Below are positions 36,569 to 47,433 of a DNA stretch of 64,000 nucleotides, one piece after another; within the stretch, counting starts at the first letter, position 1; each line of letters opens with the position of its first letter. The stretch spans positions 9,728-73,727 of the IMG/VR virus record IMGVR_UViG_2602042090_000006; one strand, given 5' to 3'. This DNA comes from a virus. Lineage: Duplodnaviria > Caudoviricetes. The notes beneath the pieces were generated by a model. The model did no database searches and was not told the origin of the DNA. It saw nothing but the letters and a program-made list of their open reading frames with translations. The position numbers and the translations under genes are program-made.

Positions 36569-37251
36569 TCGGCCGACCAGTTGACCTCGGCGGCTGCGGT
36601 GATGGCCTGTGCGGTTTCTGCCGCCGCAATCGCCTTTTTCGCAGCCATACGCTTGGCCTCGACGCCTGCCGAGATGTGCTGCCATCCTGTGAAGGTATCG
36701 ACGATCTGATGTGCCTTCTCAGCCTTGGTCATCCCGTCGGCTTCGGCTTCAGCCACGATGTGAGGGATATCCGCGTCCGGGACGCCGGCGAAAGCGACCT
36801 TTGCGCGAGCCTCATCGAGCTTCTGCTGATAGGCCATGATCTGACCAAAGCCCGGCGTGATGAACTGCATCCGGTATGCCTCGGCCGCGCGATCGATCTT
36901 CACCACGGCTTCGGCCCGAAGCGCATCGAGATCGACCTCCGCTGGAGCCGGGCTCCACTGGTCGATGTAGGTTTTCAGGCCGTCCGGGATCGCCGGCCAA
37001 TCGTTGGTGAAGCCGTCGAAGAGTGCGTCTTCGGCCTTGGTCAGCTGGCCGCGCAACGCGTCCGCGTCCGGGCCCGACAGCTCGGCCAGCATCTTGCCCG
37101 CCGTCTGATACCAGAACTCGGATGCGCTGAGGATCTGCTGTCGGCCGAGCCAGATGGCAGCGGCAACGGCCCAGCGCGAGGGCTTCTTCTGTTTCAGGCT
37201 CTCGACGACGCCGTCGGCCATGGACTCGTACATGCTATCGATGTTGTACAT
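36565..37251 (-). CDS. Putative tail fibre assembly protein
   Basis: C-terminal Y.QK..EA...E.KR.AAK.AI.AA pattern seen in fibre-associated proteins; AAGAGG SD. Confidence 0.65.
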   Translation of the reverse strand: MYNIDSMYESMADGVVESLKQKKPSRWAVAAAIWLGRQQILSASEFWYQTAGKMLAELSGPDADALRGQLTKAEDALFDGFTNDWPAIPDGLKTYIDQWSPAPAEVDLDALRAEAVVKIDRAAEAYRMQFITPGFGQIMAYQQKLDEARAKVAFAGVPDADIPHIVAEAEADGMTKAEKAHQIVDTFTGWQHISAGVEAKRMAAKKAIAAAETAQAITAAAEVNWSAE

Positions 37252-37284
37252 TGCTTTTCCTCTTGGTGGTTTCAGGTAGGCACG

Positions 37285-37587
37285 TCATCGGGATCGCCGT
37301 GGTGATCTCCACGGCAGGGCATCCAGAATTTGCTGATCGGGGCTGACTTGAGCGACTTCCGGCTCAACCGGCACAATCTCAAGCGTTCGCGGATCGACGC
37401 GAATGTCTGTGACGGAAAGCAGCCTTTCCGGAACACGAAGGCTGGGGTTGGCGTACCGGGCTGTCTCAGCGTCGTATTCCGCACGCCCGAAGGCATTGCC
37501 GTGGTCGGAGATGGAGCCTGTCACCGGGTCGTAAATCACGAACCACAGTTCCTGCTCTCCGGGTCCAATGCTGTCAGACTCGCTCAT
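37285..37587 (-). CDS. Hypothetical tail-associated protein
   Basis: Coupled to the giant tail gene; FVIYDPVTG.I motif. Confidence 0.6.
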   Translation of the reverse strand: MSESDSIGPGEQELWFVIYDPVTGSISDHGNAFGRAEYDAETARYANPSLRVPERLLSVTDIRVDPRTLEIVPVEPEVAQVSPDQQILDALPWRSPRRSR

Positions 37588-40500
37588 TTCTTCAACCTCG
37601 TGATCGTCCATGAGGTGCCGTCATTCGTCATGCCGGCGCTGCTGCCGAAATACCCCATGTCTTTATTGTTCGTTCGCATCGCGCCGCCGGACCCCATGAC
37701 GAACACGAGGGTAATCGTCACGTTCTGCGCGCTGCCGCCGTTGGTGAAGCTGCCGGAGATCGACTGGCTAGAGCAGCCGTAGGTATCGATGGCCGGCCCC
37801 GTGACTTTGATGGTGTCGAGGACCGTGCTGTTGATCTTCAGCTGCACGTCGCCGGCGTAGAACACTTCGGCGTTAACCCCTGTCATGGAGCCGCGAAGGT
37901 TCCAGAAGGCGTTGATGACGAGACGCTCTTCGGGTGCCAGCGTCAGTGTGCGCGTCAGCACCGTCGTCGTCGCCGACTTCGCCACGCTGCCGCCGCTCGT
38001 GTTGTAGTAGACATTCGAGATGGCGCCGTTGACCAGCTTCTCCCCGTTCAGGGTCGCATCGGTGATGTCGATGTTCGTGACCTTGATGTTCAGCGCCGAC
38101 AGGTTCGCGACACTGATTTTCTCGGCCGTAACGGCATTGGCTGCGATCTTGTCTGCCGTCACCGCGTTCGCGGCGATCATGCCGGCCGTGAGGGCGCCAT
38201 CTACGATCAGATCGCCGCCGTTGCGCTCGAAGCACCCCACGGCACCGAAGTAGACATTGCCGCCCGTTGTGTCCCGCTGGACAAACAGCTCGATGACGGC
38301 GGAAGCCGCTTCGCCGGGAGAAACCAGATTGACAGCCAGCGTACCCGTGCCGCCCGACCCTCGGTTGCCGGTGTTGATGTAATCAACGTAGCTCGCAATG
38401 TTCCCGCTGGCGTTCAGCCAGAGCACGCGGATCATGGCGTTGAAATTGTTGTTCGAGTAGATGGCGCCGGTGAAGCGGTAGGCAGTGCCGCCCTTTACCG
38501 GGAATGACCGGCTCTGGCAGTTCGTGTAGCCTCCGGAACCCCAGGGCCCAGCAGTGAAGGCCATTCCATTGTAGGACTGAAAGAGGCCGTGATCGCCCCA
38601 TACGACCCAGCCCGGAATGGTGCCGACCCACGCATCTGTCGTCGTCATCTGGTTGTCCGGGACCAGATTGTTGAAATCCGAGATGACGAGCTGCTTTGCG
38701 GTGATCGAGCCTGCCGCGATCTCGCGCGCACCCAGCGTGTTGGCCTGAAGCTTAGAGCCAGTGATCACGCCCGCCTGGATATTGTCGGCGGTGATCGCAT
38801 TGGCGGCAATCTTCCCCGCCACGACAGCATTCGCTCCGATTTTGTCAGAGCTGATGGCAAACGCCTGGATTTTGTCGGCGGTGATCGCGTTCGATGCGAT
38901 CTCGGTAGCGCTGATCGTGCCAACCGCGATGTGACCGGCGCCGATCGTGCGCGCATTGATCTCGTAGCCGGTGATCGTCGCAGCGATGAAGCTGTCAGCC
39001 GAGATGGTCCGGACCGCAATCTTGTCACCGGTTATCGTGCCACCGGCGATCTTCGCGGCCGTGATGGCGTTCGCGGCTAGCTGGTTGGTCGAGACCGCGC
39101 CGGCAGCGATCGTCGCTGCGGTCACGGCGTTAGCAGCGATTGTCCCGGCCGTCACAGCGTTTGCAGCAATCGTGCCTGCTGTCACCGCGTTCGCTGCGAT
39201 CTTCCCGGCCGTGATCGCATTTGCCGCGATCTTGTTGGCCGTAATCGCGTTGGTGACGATGTTGCCTTCGGAGATGACGGTCGTTCCGCCCTCGCTCCAA
39301 GGCGATGCTTCCAGCTGGTTGGCCGTCGCTTCGCCCAGATAGAACTTGGACGCCCAGGTGTAGGAGTTCGTGCCCCATGCCGCACTATGCCCCATGCACC
39401 GCAGGAAGAGCTGAACGTGCGTGGTTCCGGCCGGAGCCTGTCCTTTCACCCAGATCCGCTCATAGCTGGCCAACTGGCTGCCCGGATCGCCGTTCTGGTG
39501 CGTTGGCTTGTCCGCGAACGTATAGCCAATCGTCACGCCACCGTTGTTGACGTACTCGATGTGAAGGCGAGCATAATCAGACCGGTGCCCGTAGACATAA
39601 ACAGACGCTTCTAGCCATGAGCCCTGCGCAACCGGCCAACGCATAGGGATGTTGTTGTCTGCGGGATTTCGCGGGGACAGGTCGGCAAACTGGCCGTTGT
39701 TTTGCGCGCCCTCCTGCAGAACCTGAAATGCGCCGTCGATAGGCGTGAAGTTGTCGTTGCGCTTGAGGAACGACCAGTTCGCGCTGGACGCATAGATCCT
39801 CCAGTTGGTGATGTCGGCCTGGGCATTTGAGTTCGGGATCCAGTTCGTCCCTTTGCCGACGGCGAGCTTGTCTGCATAGATGGAGCCCGCAGCGATCTTG
39901 TCGGCAATGACCGCTCCAGCGGCGATCTGCCCCGCCGTGACGGCGCCGGCCGCAATGGTGCCGGTCGTAACCGCATTGGCCGCAATCGTGCCGGCCGTGA
40001 TCGCGTTTGCGGCAACCGTGCCGGCGGTTACTGCATTTGCCGCGATCTTGCCCGCGACAACAGCCCCGGAGGCAATGCTAGCCGCTTCCACGGCGCCGGC
40101 GCTGATTTTCCCGGCGGTGACTGCGTTCGCTGCAATCTCGCTTGCGGTAACGGCATTGGCTGCGATCTTCGCCGTGGTGATCGAGTCCGCCGCAAGGTGG
40201 ATGGTCGAGATCGATCCATCCACGACCAGCTCGGCACCCTCCGCCTTCCGCAGAGAAATGCGATCGATGATCAGGTAGCGCGTCGTTGACGGGCTGTGGT
40301 GGTAGATCTGCACCTTGCAATAGGTCGCAGAACCCGGAACCTGCGTCTTGCCGGAGCGCTTGTCCCAAGCGGCTGGAATAGACGCGTTGCCCTGCACATC
40401 GGTGTACTGCGGCGACGCAAGCGCTGTCTTGTTACGATCGAACCACAGGATGCGGTAATAGAAACCGAAACCTGAAGATCCGTCAGTCGTACGAACGGAC

Positions 40501-43500
40501 ACATCCCACGCCAGCCAGTCACCGGACGTCACGGGGATGAAGTCCTTCGTGACCATATTCATGGAGATGGTGCCGCCGGACCCCCCGTTTGTGCCGTTCT
40601 CCAGAACAAGCGACCAACGACCGGTCTGTGCGTCACCGACCCAGAGCCAGATATTTGCGCCGCCCGCACCGGAGCCGTTGTACATCGGATAGTTGGCGTC
40701 CCAGACCGATGTGAGCGCGCCTTGCTCAAACTGCCCGTCGGGAATGAAGTTTTCAAAATCCGTTAAGATGAGCTGCTTGGCCGAGATCGCGTTCGCGGCG
40801 ATATTGTTGGCCACGATTGCGTCAGCGGCGATTTTCCCCGCAACCACGGCATTGGCCGCAAGCTCATTGGCAGTGACGGCGCTGGCGGCCAGCTTTGCAG
40901 TCGTGATGGCGCCGGAAGCGATCTCGGTCGCGGAGATCACGCCCGCCGCGATCTTCCCGGCGACAACCGAGTTCACAGCCAGTTTGTCGGCGGTAACAGC
41001 CAAGGCATCGAGCTTCGCAGTCGTGATGGCGCCCGACGCAATCGTGCCGGCGGTGACGGCGCCAGCAGCGAGCTTGGCCGTCTCGATCGCGCCGGAGGCG
41101 ATCTTCGCGGCCGTAATCGCATTCGCCGCGATCTCATTGGCTGTGACAGCATTGGCAGCGATCTTGCCGGCTACGATGGCACCAGCAGCGATCTTGTTCG
41201 CAGTGATCGCATTGGTGACGATGTTGCCCTCGGTGATGAGGGTGATCGAACCTTCGCTCCACGGAGTAGGCTCGGACTGGTACTGCGTTGCTTCCCCGAC
41301 ATAGAAACGAGAGAACCATGTGTAGGAGTCGGTGCCATTTGCGGCACTATGACCAAAGCAGCGCAAAAAGATTTCGACATGCGTTGTGCCTGCCGGCGCC
41401 TGACCCTTTGCCCAAACCCGCTGATAGGCTGAAAGCTGGCTTCCAGGGTCCGAGTTCTGGTTTGTCGGCTTGGCATCCATGATGAAGCCGAGCGAGTTAC
41501 CGCCGTTATTGAAGCATTCGATATAGAGCTGAACGCCGTTCGAACGGTGCCCGAAAACATAGACGGACGCTTCCAGCCACGACAGCTGCGCAACAGGCCA
41601 GCGCATAGCGTAGTTGTTGTCGAACGGGCTTCGCGGGTTAACGTCTACGAAGGCTCCATCGAGCCGTGCGCCGCTCTGAAGAACGTAGAAGCAGCCATCG
41701 ATGGGTGAGTAGTTGTTGTTCGCCTTTCCAAAGTCCCAAGTCCCCCCCGACCGGAACTTGATGCCCCAGTTTGTCAGGTCGGCCTGAGCGTTCGAGTTCG
41801 AGACCCAGTTGACGCCCTTGCCGACGGCCAACTTCTCTGCGGTGATGATCCCTGCAGCGAGGTTCGCGGCGGAGACTGCACTCGCTGCAATGGTGCCAGC
41901 CGTGATGGCATTCGCAGCCACGGTACCGGCTGTAACGGCGCCGGCCGAAATCGTGCCGGCTGTCACGGCGTTGGTCGCGATCTTGCCAGCGATAACAGCG
42001 TTCGCCCCGATCGTTCCGGCCGTCACGGCGCCGGCGGCAAGCTTGGCCGTCTCGATGGCGCCGGCGGCGATCTTGACAGCGGTGATCGCATTCGCAGCGA
42101 TCGCGTCGGCCGTCACAGCGTTTGCTGCAATGGCGTTGGCCGTGATCGCAGCAGCCGACACATGCCGCGCGACGATCGCGCCATCGACGATCAGGGATGC
42201 TTCCGCCATCTCGACAAGCTGGATGTCGGAGATCAGCCAATAGCCTACGGCGTCCGTTCCGGTGTCCATGTACGGAACAGGCGTCGCGGTCTGCGTCCTG
42301 GAGCTGTCCGTCTTGAAGCGCCATTCGATCGTCTTGCCGGCAGCTGCCTGATATCCGGTGTCCGTCGCTGAAGCGATGACGCCCCCATCCGAGGCGGAGA
42401 TCGACATGTCGTTGATGACGAGCGCATTGAAGTTCTTGTTGCACCCGACGTTCTTCACGATAGCCGACGCGCGGTACCAGGTGTCCGGCGTCAGGGGAAA
42501 GCCGCGGGCGATCCAGCCATGGATGCGCGGGCCGGCGTTCGCCGCAGCAAGGGCGGCATTGAACTTCATGGCACCAGAGACGCGCATCGCTGCGACCTGG
42601 GCATCCGTGCTGGAGACGAACGTCACATAGGGAGCGTTTGGGGACCAATAGCCCGGATCTCCGTAGAACCGGTCAAGAATGAGGCTCGCGCCTACAGCGT
42701 TCGCGGCGATCGACATCTTGGATGCCGTGATCGCGTTGACGGCAATCTTGTCCGCCACGATGGCGCTCGCCTGAAGCTTCGGCGTCGAGATCGCATCATC
42801 GGCGATCTTCGTGTTCGTCACCGCGTTCGAGGCAAGCTTTGCCGCATCGACCGCGAGCGCCGCAAGCTTGGCGTTTGTGATGGCGAGATCGGCGATCTGT
42901 GTTCCGACAAGCTGGCCGGAAACCTTGGCGGCGGCAACGGCGGCGATCTGCGCATCCGTTAGCTGGCCCGTGACCTTGCCGGCCGCGATCGCTGCGATTT
43001 GTGTGTCGGCGATCGTGCCGCCGATATCCGGAGCCGCGACACTCGAAGTCCACGCGGCCCCATCAAACCGGTAGATCTTGCTATCGGTGCTCAAGAACAC
43101 GACCCGGCCCGCCGCATTGCCAGACGTCGGAAGCGAGGCGACGGTTTCTACGGGCTTCAGGCCTGTGCCGAACTTCGCGGCCGTGATGGCGGCATCGGCG
43201 ATTTGACTTGAGACCAGCGTGCCTGTGACCTTGGCCGCGCCGACGGCTGCAATCTGCGTATCGGTCAACTGGCCGGTGACCTTGGACGCGGAGAGTGCGG
43301 CCAGCTGGGCGTCCAGCAACGTGCCGGTGATGTCGCCGGCAGCCAAAGTGGAGACGAAGGCCGTGCCGTTGAAACGATAGATCTTGTCATCCGTCGTCAG
43401 GAAGACGATCCGGCCTTCGGTGTTGCCCGTGGTCGGCAGCGAGGACACGATTTCGATCGGACGAAGGCCGGCGGCAAACTTCGCGGTCGTAACGGCAGCG

Positions 43501-46361
43501 TCAGCGATCTTCCCAGCGATGACCGACCCATCCGCAAGCTTCGTCGCGTCAACGGCCAACGCCGCAAGCTTCGCATTCGATATCGCCAGATCAGCAATTT
43601 GCGTTCCAACGAGCTGGCCGGCGACCTTGGCAGCGGCGACGGCTGCGATCTGGGCATCCGTGAGCTGGCCTGTGATCTTCGAGGCCGCGAGGCTGGCGAT
43701 GTTGGCCTCGGCGATAGCACCGTTGATGTCGGCCGCATCGACGGTCGAGATCCAGCTCGTGCCGGTGTAGCGGTAGACCTTGCCGTCCGTGGTGAGGAAC
43801 GCCATGCGGCCTGCGGTGTTGCCCGTTGTCGGCAAAGCGGAGACGACTTCCACCGGGCGCAAGCCAGTGGCAAATTTGGCCGCCGTCACGGCTGCATCGG
43901 CAAGCTTGCCGGCTGTGATGGCGGCGTCGCTGATTTGCGTGCCGACGATCGTGCCCGTCAGGTCCACCGTCGGCACAGATGCCGTGTAGGCAGAGCCGTT
44001 CCAACGGTAGAGCTTGCCGTTGACGGTGATGACATCCTGCGATTTCGTGGTCGGTACGACGGTGCCAGAGATGACACCGACCGGCGCGATCCCGGAGGCA
44101 AACTTCGTTGCATCGACGGCCTGCGCCGCCAGCTTGTCGCGCTCGATCGCCGCGTCAGCGATCTTCGCGGCAATGACCGCACCGTCCATGATCTTGCTGA
44201 CAGAGACCGCAGCGTCAGCCAGCTTGGCCGTGATCACAGCGCGATCGGCCAGGATCTGTGCCGTGACGGCCGCTACCTCAAGCTTCGCAGTCGAGACGGC
44301 AGCATCTGCCAGCTTCAGACCAGTGACAGCCGCATCCATGATCTTGTTGGCCGAAACCGCAGCGTTGCCGATCTTGCTGGTGATGATGGCGCCGTCGAGG
44401 ACGTCGGCCGACGAGAACCCGATATTCGCCGTCGTCAGCGAGATCCAGGCCGAGTCCTCCGTCTTGCGCGGCGAGTAAGGGACGAGCTTTCCCTGCACCT
44501 CGTATTCGGTCGCCGGCAAGAGCCACATGCCGCTCAAGGGCCATTCGCTCGATGTCGGCCCGTAGGGGAACTGGTCGCTTTCGAAGACGACGACACCCGT
44601 CGCCTTCAGGCGAACACGGACCAGGACGCGCGCAACATCGGCGAGGTTGGTGGCGCAGGACACGATGATGACCGGCCGGCGGCTCCGGCCGTCCGGGTCC
44701 GTCAGAACATCGGCGCGGGCACCCCAGCCGGTCATCGGCTGCTTTGGGACATCGATGCGGCCGATCCAGCCGCTCGACACGACCTCCTGCATGGTCCGCG
44801 CCCAATCGTAGTCGGTCGGGTCGATCTCCTGCAGGGTGACGATCTGGTTCATGCCCATCTGACCACGGCGTTCCGTGACGAGGAAGCGCTTGTTCACATA
44901 GCCATTGTGCGGTGACGTCCAGGAGACGACATCGATGCCGGCCTCGAGCACATAGGCCATTGGAGGCAGAGGGAGCTGGTGACGGCGGAAACGGCGCGCC
45001 TCGGCCAAGATGGCGCGCATCAGCTGCTGGACCTGCCGATCGTGCGACGTCGCTCCGAAAGAGATGTCGGCGAGATTGCGCTTGCCGTCCAGAGCTTCAA
45101 ACGCGTCGTTGCGAACGACCGGCGCATCCTTGGCGACCCAAGCCTCTTCCGGGTTCGGATACTTGGCCGTCACCCCGTTGATGGTGAGATCGACGGAGGG
45201 GAACGGATCGAAGCCGGCCGGCTCGGTGATCAGGGTGTCGGCGTCCGAGAACCCAAAGACAGCTCCGCCGAAGATGCCGTTCTTCATCTTGAAGACGCCG
45301 CCCTGGTCGGTCAGCCGTCCGTTTTGCGCCTTGCGAAGCTCCTCGACGACAGTGAGCGGCACCATGTCGCCGGAGATCTCGTAACCGCCGCGCCACTGCG
45401 GCTCCGTCGTTTTGTCCGCCCGCTCGACCAAACGGCCGGCCTCCTGGCATGCAGCAATCCAGTTGGACGACGGCAGCCGGCGTGCGTTGACCTTTTGGCC
45501 GCCGTAGAACCATTCGCCCTTGTAGCGAAGGCCCCGCAGGACGTTGTAGGTCATCACGCCGAGGTTATAGGAGGGCTCGTGGGTGCTCGGATCATCCCAT
45601 CGATGGGTGCCGTTGCCGCCGTTCGTGCTGTCCTTGCGTATGTCGTAGAGCGGGAGAGGCGTCGGCTCAAACAGAACCTTCGGCTGTCCTTTGAAATAGT
45701 CGCGCTCCCAGCGATAGGTCATAATGGCATAGGGGATGCCACGCCCGACCATGGTTGCATCCCAAGGCCGATCCTCGTCTTCGCCGAATGTCTCTACAAG
45801 GAAAGGGTCAGCGACCGTCTGCAAGCCGCTATAGAACTTCACCCAGCAGTAATCGTGAACGGTCCCTTCGGTGTCGCGGAATTCTTTGAGCGGATAGCCT
45901 CGCCCGAACACCGCGTCAGGCTCATTCCAAAGGATCGTGCACTTCTCGCCCTCGATCCAGATGCCATCGAGGCCGGGGAGCGGGAGGTTGCCCAGCTCAA
46001 TGACTTCCGTGAAATACGTGTTTGGTGTGTCACCGTCGTAATTACCCCACGTGCCGTAGTACTTGCGCTTCCCGCGCGTGGCGAACTGACCGATCGTCGT
46101 CGAGACCGGCTTGTCATCGCCAACATCCGCCTGGATCTTGGCGCCCACTGGTGGCGGCGCATCCGGTGCGGTGGCCATCTGCCAAAGCGTCGTGGCGGCA
46201 GCCAGCGCCAGACTGACCACGGCATTGACGATACCGGAGCCACTGATGACGGCGCTGAAGACGCCGGCAATGGCACCGATCAGCGGACCAGCGGCTGCGG
46301 GGTCGGGCTGAAGCAGGAAAAACGTCAGGGCGGTTGTGGCGAGAGCGGCTTTCTTGAACAT
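37584..46361 (-). CDS. Giant tail tip / receptor-binding protein (2925 aa)
   Basis: N-terminal tail-tip hub of about 650 aa; long (A/G)xxTAxKIA repeat tracts; five inserted globular beta-rich domains. Confidence 0.9.
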   Translation of the reverse strand: MFKKAALATTALTFFLLQPDPAAAGPLIGAIAGVFSAVISGSGIVNAVVSLALAAATTLWQMATAPDAPPPVGAKIQADVGDDKPVSTTIGQFATRGKRKYYGTWGNYDGDTPNTYFTEVIELGNLPLPGLDGIWIEGEKCTILWNEPDAVFGRGYPLKEFRDTEGTVHDYCWVKFYSGLQTVADPFLVETFGEDEDRPWDATMVGRGIPYAIMTYRWERDYFKGQPKVLFEPTPLPLYDIRKDSTNGGNGTHRWDDPSTHEPSYNLGVMTYNVLRGLRYKGEWFYGGQKVNARRLPSSNWIAACQEAGRLVERADKTTEPQWRGGYEISGDMVPLTVVEELRKAQNGRLTDQGGVFKMKNGIFGGAVFGFSDADTLITEPAGFDPFPSVDLTINGVTAKYPNPEEAWVAKDAPVVRNDAFEALDGKRNLADISFGATSHDRQVQQLMRAILAEARRFRRHQLPLPPMAYVLEAGIDVVSWTSPHNGYVNKRFLVTERRGQMGMNQIVTLQEIDPTDYDWARTMQEVVSSGWIGRIDVPKQPMTGWGARADVLTDPDGRSRRPVIIVSCATNLADVARVLVRVRLKATGVVVFESDQFPYGPTSSEWPLSGMWLLPATEYEVQGKLVPYSPRKTEDSAWISLTTANIGFSSADVLDGAIITSKIGNAAVSANKIMDAAVTGLKLADAAVSTAKLEVAAVTAQILADRAVITAKLADAAVSVSKIMDGAVIAAKIADAAIERDKLAAQAVDATKFASGIAPVGVISGTVVPTTKSQDVITVNGKLYRWNGSAYTASVPTVDLTGTIVGTQISDAAITAGKLADAAVTAAKFATGLRPVEVVSALPTTGNTAGRMAFLTTDGKVYRYTGTSWISTVDAADINGAIAEANIASLAASKITGQLTDAQIAAVAAAKVAGQLVGTQIADLAISNAKLAALAVDATKLADGSVIAGKIADAAVTTAKFAAGLRPIEIVSSLPTTGNTEGRIVFLTTDDKIYRFNGTAFVSTLAAGDITGTLLDAQLAALSASKVTGQLTDTQIAAVGAAKVTGTLVSSQIADAAITAAKFGTGLKPVETVASLPTSGNAAGRVVFLSTDSKIYRFDGAAWTSSVAAPDIGGTIADTQIAAIAAGKVTGQLTDAQIAAVAAAKVSGQLVGTQIADLAITNAKLAALAVDAAKLASNAVTNTKIADDAISTPKLQASAIVADKIAVNAITASKMSIAANAVGASLILDRFYGDPGYWSPNAPYVTFVSSTDAQVAAMRVSGAMKFNAALAAANAGPRIHGWIARGFPLTPDTWYRASAIVKNVGCNKNFNALVINDMSISASDGGVIASATDTGYQAAAGKTIEWRFKTDSSRTQTATPVPYMDTGTDAVGYWLISDIQLVEMAEASLIVDGAIVARHVSAAAITANAIAANAVTADAIAANAITAVKIAAGAIETAKLAAGAVTAGTIGANAVIAGKIATNAVTAGTISAGAVTAGTVAANAITAGTIAASAVSAANLAAGIITAEKLAVGKGVNWVSNSNAQADLTNWGIKFRSGGTWDFGKANNNYSPIDGCFYVLQSGARLDGAFVDVNPRSPFDNNYAMRWPVAQLSWLEASVYVFGHRSNGVQLYIECFNNGGNSLGFIMDAKPTNQNSDPGSQLSAYQRVWAKGQAPAGTTHVEIFLRCFGHSAANGTDSYTWFSRFYVGEATQYQSEPTPWSEGSITLITEGNIVTNAITANKIAAGAIVAGKIAANAVTANEIAANAITAAKIASGAIETAKLAAGAVTAGTIASGAITTAKLDALAVTADKLAVNSVVAGKIAAGVISATEIASGAITTAKLAASAVTANELAANAVVAGKIAADAIVANNIAANAISAKQLILTDFENFIPDGQFEQGALTSVWDANYPMYNGSGAGGANIWLWVGDAQTGRWSLVLENGTNGGSGGTISMNMVTKDFIPVTSGDWLAWDVSVRTTDGSSGFGFYYRILWFDRNKTALASPQYTDVQGNASIPAAWDKRSGKTQVPGSATYCKVQIYHHSPSTTRYLIIDRISLRKAEGAELVVDGSISTIHLAADSITTAKIAANAVTASEIAANAVTAGKISAGAVEAASIASGAVVAGKIAANAVTAGTVAANAITAGTIAANAVTTGTIAAGAVTAGQIAAGAVIADKIAAGSIYADKLAVGKGTNWIPNSNAQADITNWRIYASSANWSFLKRNDNFTPIDGAFQVLQEGAQNNGQFADLSPRNPADNNIPMRWPVAQGSWLEASVYVYGHRSDYARLHIEYVNNGGVTIGYTFADKPTHQNGDPGSQLASYERIWVKGQAPAGTTHVQLFLRCMGHSAAWGTNSYTWASKFYLGEATANQLEASPWSEGGTTVISEGNIVTNAITANKIAANAITAGKIAANAVTAGTIAANAVTAGTIAANAVTAATIAAGAVSTNQLAANAITAAKIAGGTITGDKIAVRTISADSFIAATITGYEINARTIGAGHIAVGTISATEIASNAITADKIQAFAISSDKIGANAVVAGKIAANAITADNIQAGVITGSKLQANTLGAREIAAGSITAKQLVISDFNNLVPDNQMTTTDAWVGTIPGWVVWGDHGLFQSYNGMAFTAGPWGSGGYTNCQSRSFPVKGGTAYRFTGAIYSNNNFNAMIRVLWLNASGNIASYVDYINTGNRGSGGTGTLAVNLVSPGEAASAVIELFVQRDTTGGNVYFGAVGCFERNGGDLIVDGALTAGMIAANAVTADKIAANAVTAEKISVANLSALNIKVTNIDITDATLNGEKLVNGAISNVYYNTSGGSVAKSATTTVLTRTLTLAPEERLVINAFWNLRGSMTGVNAEVFYAGDVQLKINSTVLDTIKVTGPAIDTYGCSSQSISGSFTNGGSAQNVTITLVFVMGSGGAMRTNNKDMGYFGSSAGMTNDGTSWTITRLKK

Positions 46362-46786
46362 CAGCCCACCCTGAAGGCGCGAACCGCCTTCTCGCGATCG
46401 ACGCTAGCAAGGCCCGCCTCGCCCATCACCCAGATCCGATCGAAGTCGAACACGCCGAGCACGTGGCGGAACTGCGTATCCGTCGGAATAGCGGCGATAT
46501 CGCCTGTCTGCGCATCAACCGGATGGTCATGTTCGGGAAGCAACGACGCGGCGAAGTCGGCCAGATCCTCAAAGCCGGCCGCGCGCATCAGACGATAGGC
46601 CGACACGGCATCGTTATAGTCGCCCTGATCGGGCACGGGCAGCTCGGCGCCGGTGATGGCGATCACGGATGCAATGGCAAGCTGTCCGCAATCGTTCTGC
46701 GCCCAGGCGAACGGCTTCCGGCGGATGTCGTCGAAGACATCGCAGAAGGGTCCGATCCAGAGTTCGCGGCGCTTCAGCTCAATCAT
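46361..46786 (-). CDS. NlpC/P60-like tail tip protein (copy B)
   Basis: Homologue of 1357..1782. Confidence 0.75.
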   Translation of the reverse strand: MIELKRRELWIGPFCDVFDDIRRKPFAWAQNDCGQLAIASVIAITGAELPVPDQGDYNDAVSAYRLMRAAGFEDLADFAASLLPEHDHPVDAQTGDIAAIPTDTQFRHVLGVFDFDRIWVMGEAGLASVDREKAVRAFRVG

Positions 46787-47433
46787 TCTTCGCCCCAGGG
46801 TTCGATCCAGTTGGCAACGGAGCCGGCATATTTTCCGAAGTTATCGACCTCGCCGTTCGGGCCCTTCCGCTTCTTCTGCTCTTCGGCGCTGGACTTGGCT
46901 GGGTTCGGCCGGGTCAGGTTGACCATGGCGTCGTTGACGAGGCGGATCTCCAGCACTTCGCCGCCGCCGTCTTCAGCGGCCGTCTGCACGCTCGCGCCGT
47001 CAATGACGCCGAGGTAATCGTTCTCGGGCATCGAGGAGAGCTGGCGCGTCGTCGGATCGAGAAGGCCAATCCAGATTTCGAGCGAGCCCGCGCGGCAATC
47101 AAGGCCACGCGACATGTCCTCGACGGCCGGGTTGAGCATCGTCATGGAGACCGTGCGGGTGTTGACCTCAAGCGTCGAGGTGCTGACGCTCTCGCCCGTG
47201 TCGAGGTCAACCTGCCCTTGGAAGGTACGGGCATAGACCTCACCGTCGATCAGCGATCGAACCTCAACTGTCACCGGCCGATCACCGGACCAAAAGGACT
47301 TCGTCTCCAGCGAGGTATTGCCGTTCGCGTCGGGGTAGGTGCGCGCGATCACGGATACGAACCAGCGCGGCACGATGCCGTCCTGGGGCGCGTTTTGCAG
47401 CAAAGCAAAGAAGGCGGGATCGACTGTCTTCAT
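46783..47433 (-). CDS. Tail tip protein (copy B)
   Basis: Homologue of 1779..2429. Confidence 0.7.
   Translation of the reverse strand: MKTVDPAFFALLQNAPQDGIVPRWFVSVIARTYPDANGNTSLETKSFWSGDRPVTVEVRSLIDGEVYARTFQGQVDLDTGESVSTSTLEVNTRTVSMTMLNPAVEDMSRGLDCRAGSLEIWIGLLDPTTRQLSSMPENDYLGVIDGASVQTAAEDGGGEVLEIRLVNDAMVNLTRPNPAKSSAEEQKKRKGPNGEVDNFGKYAGSVANWIEPWGEE

Noticed and set aside
37584-44420. Diversity-generating retroelement or invertible tail segment
   Set aside because: There is no reverse transcriptase or invertase. The duplicated domains differ at all base types rather than only at adenines.
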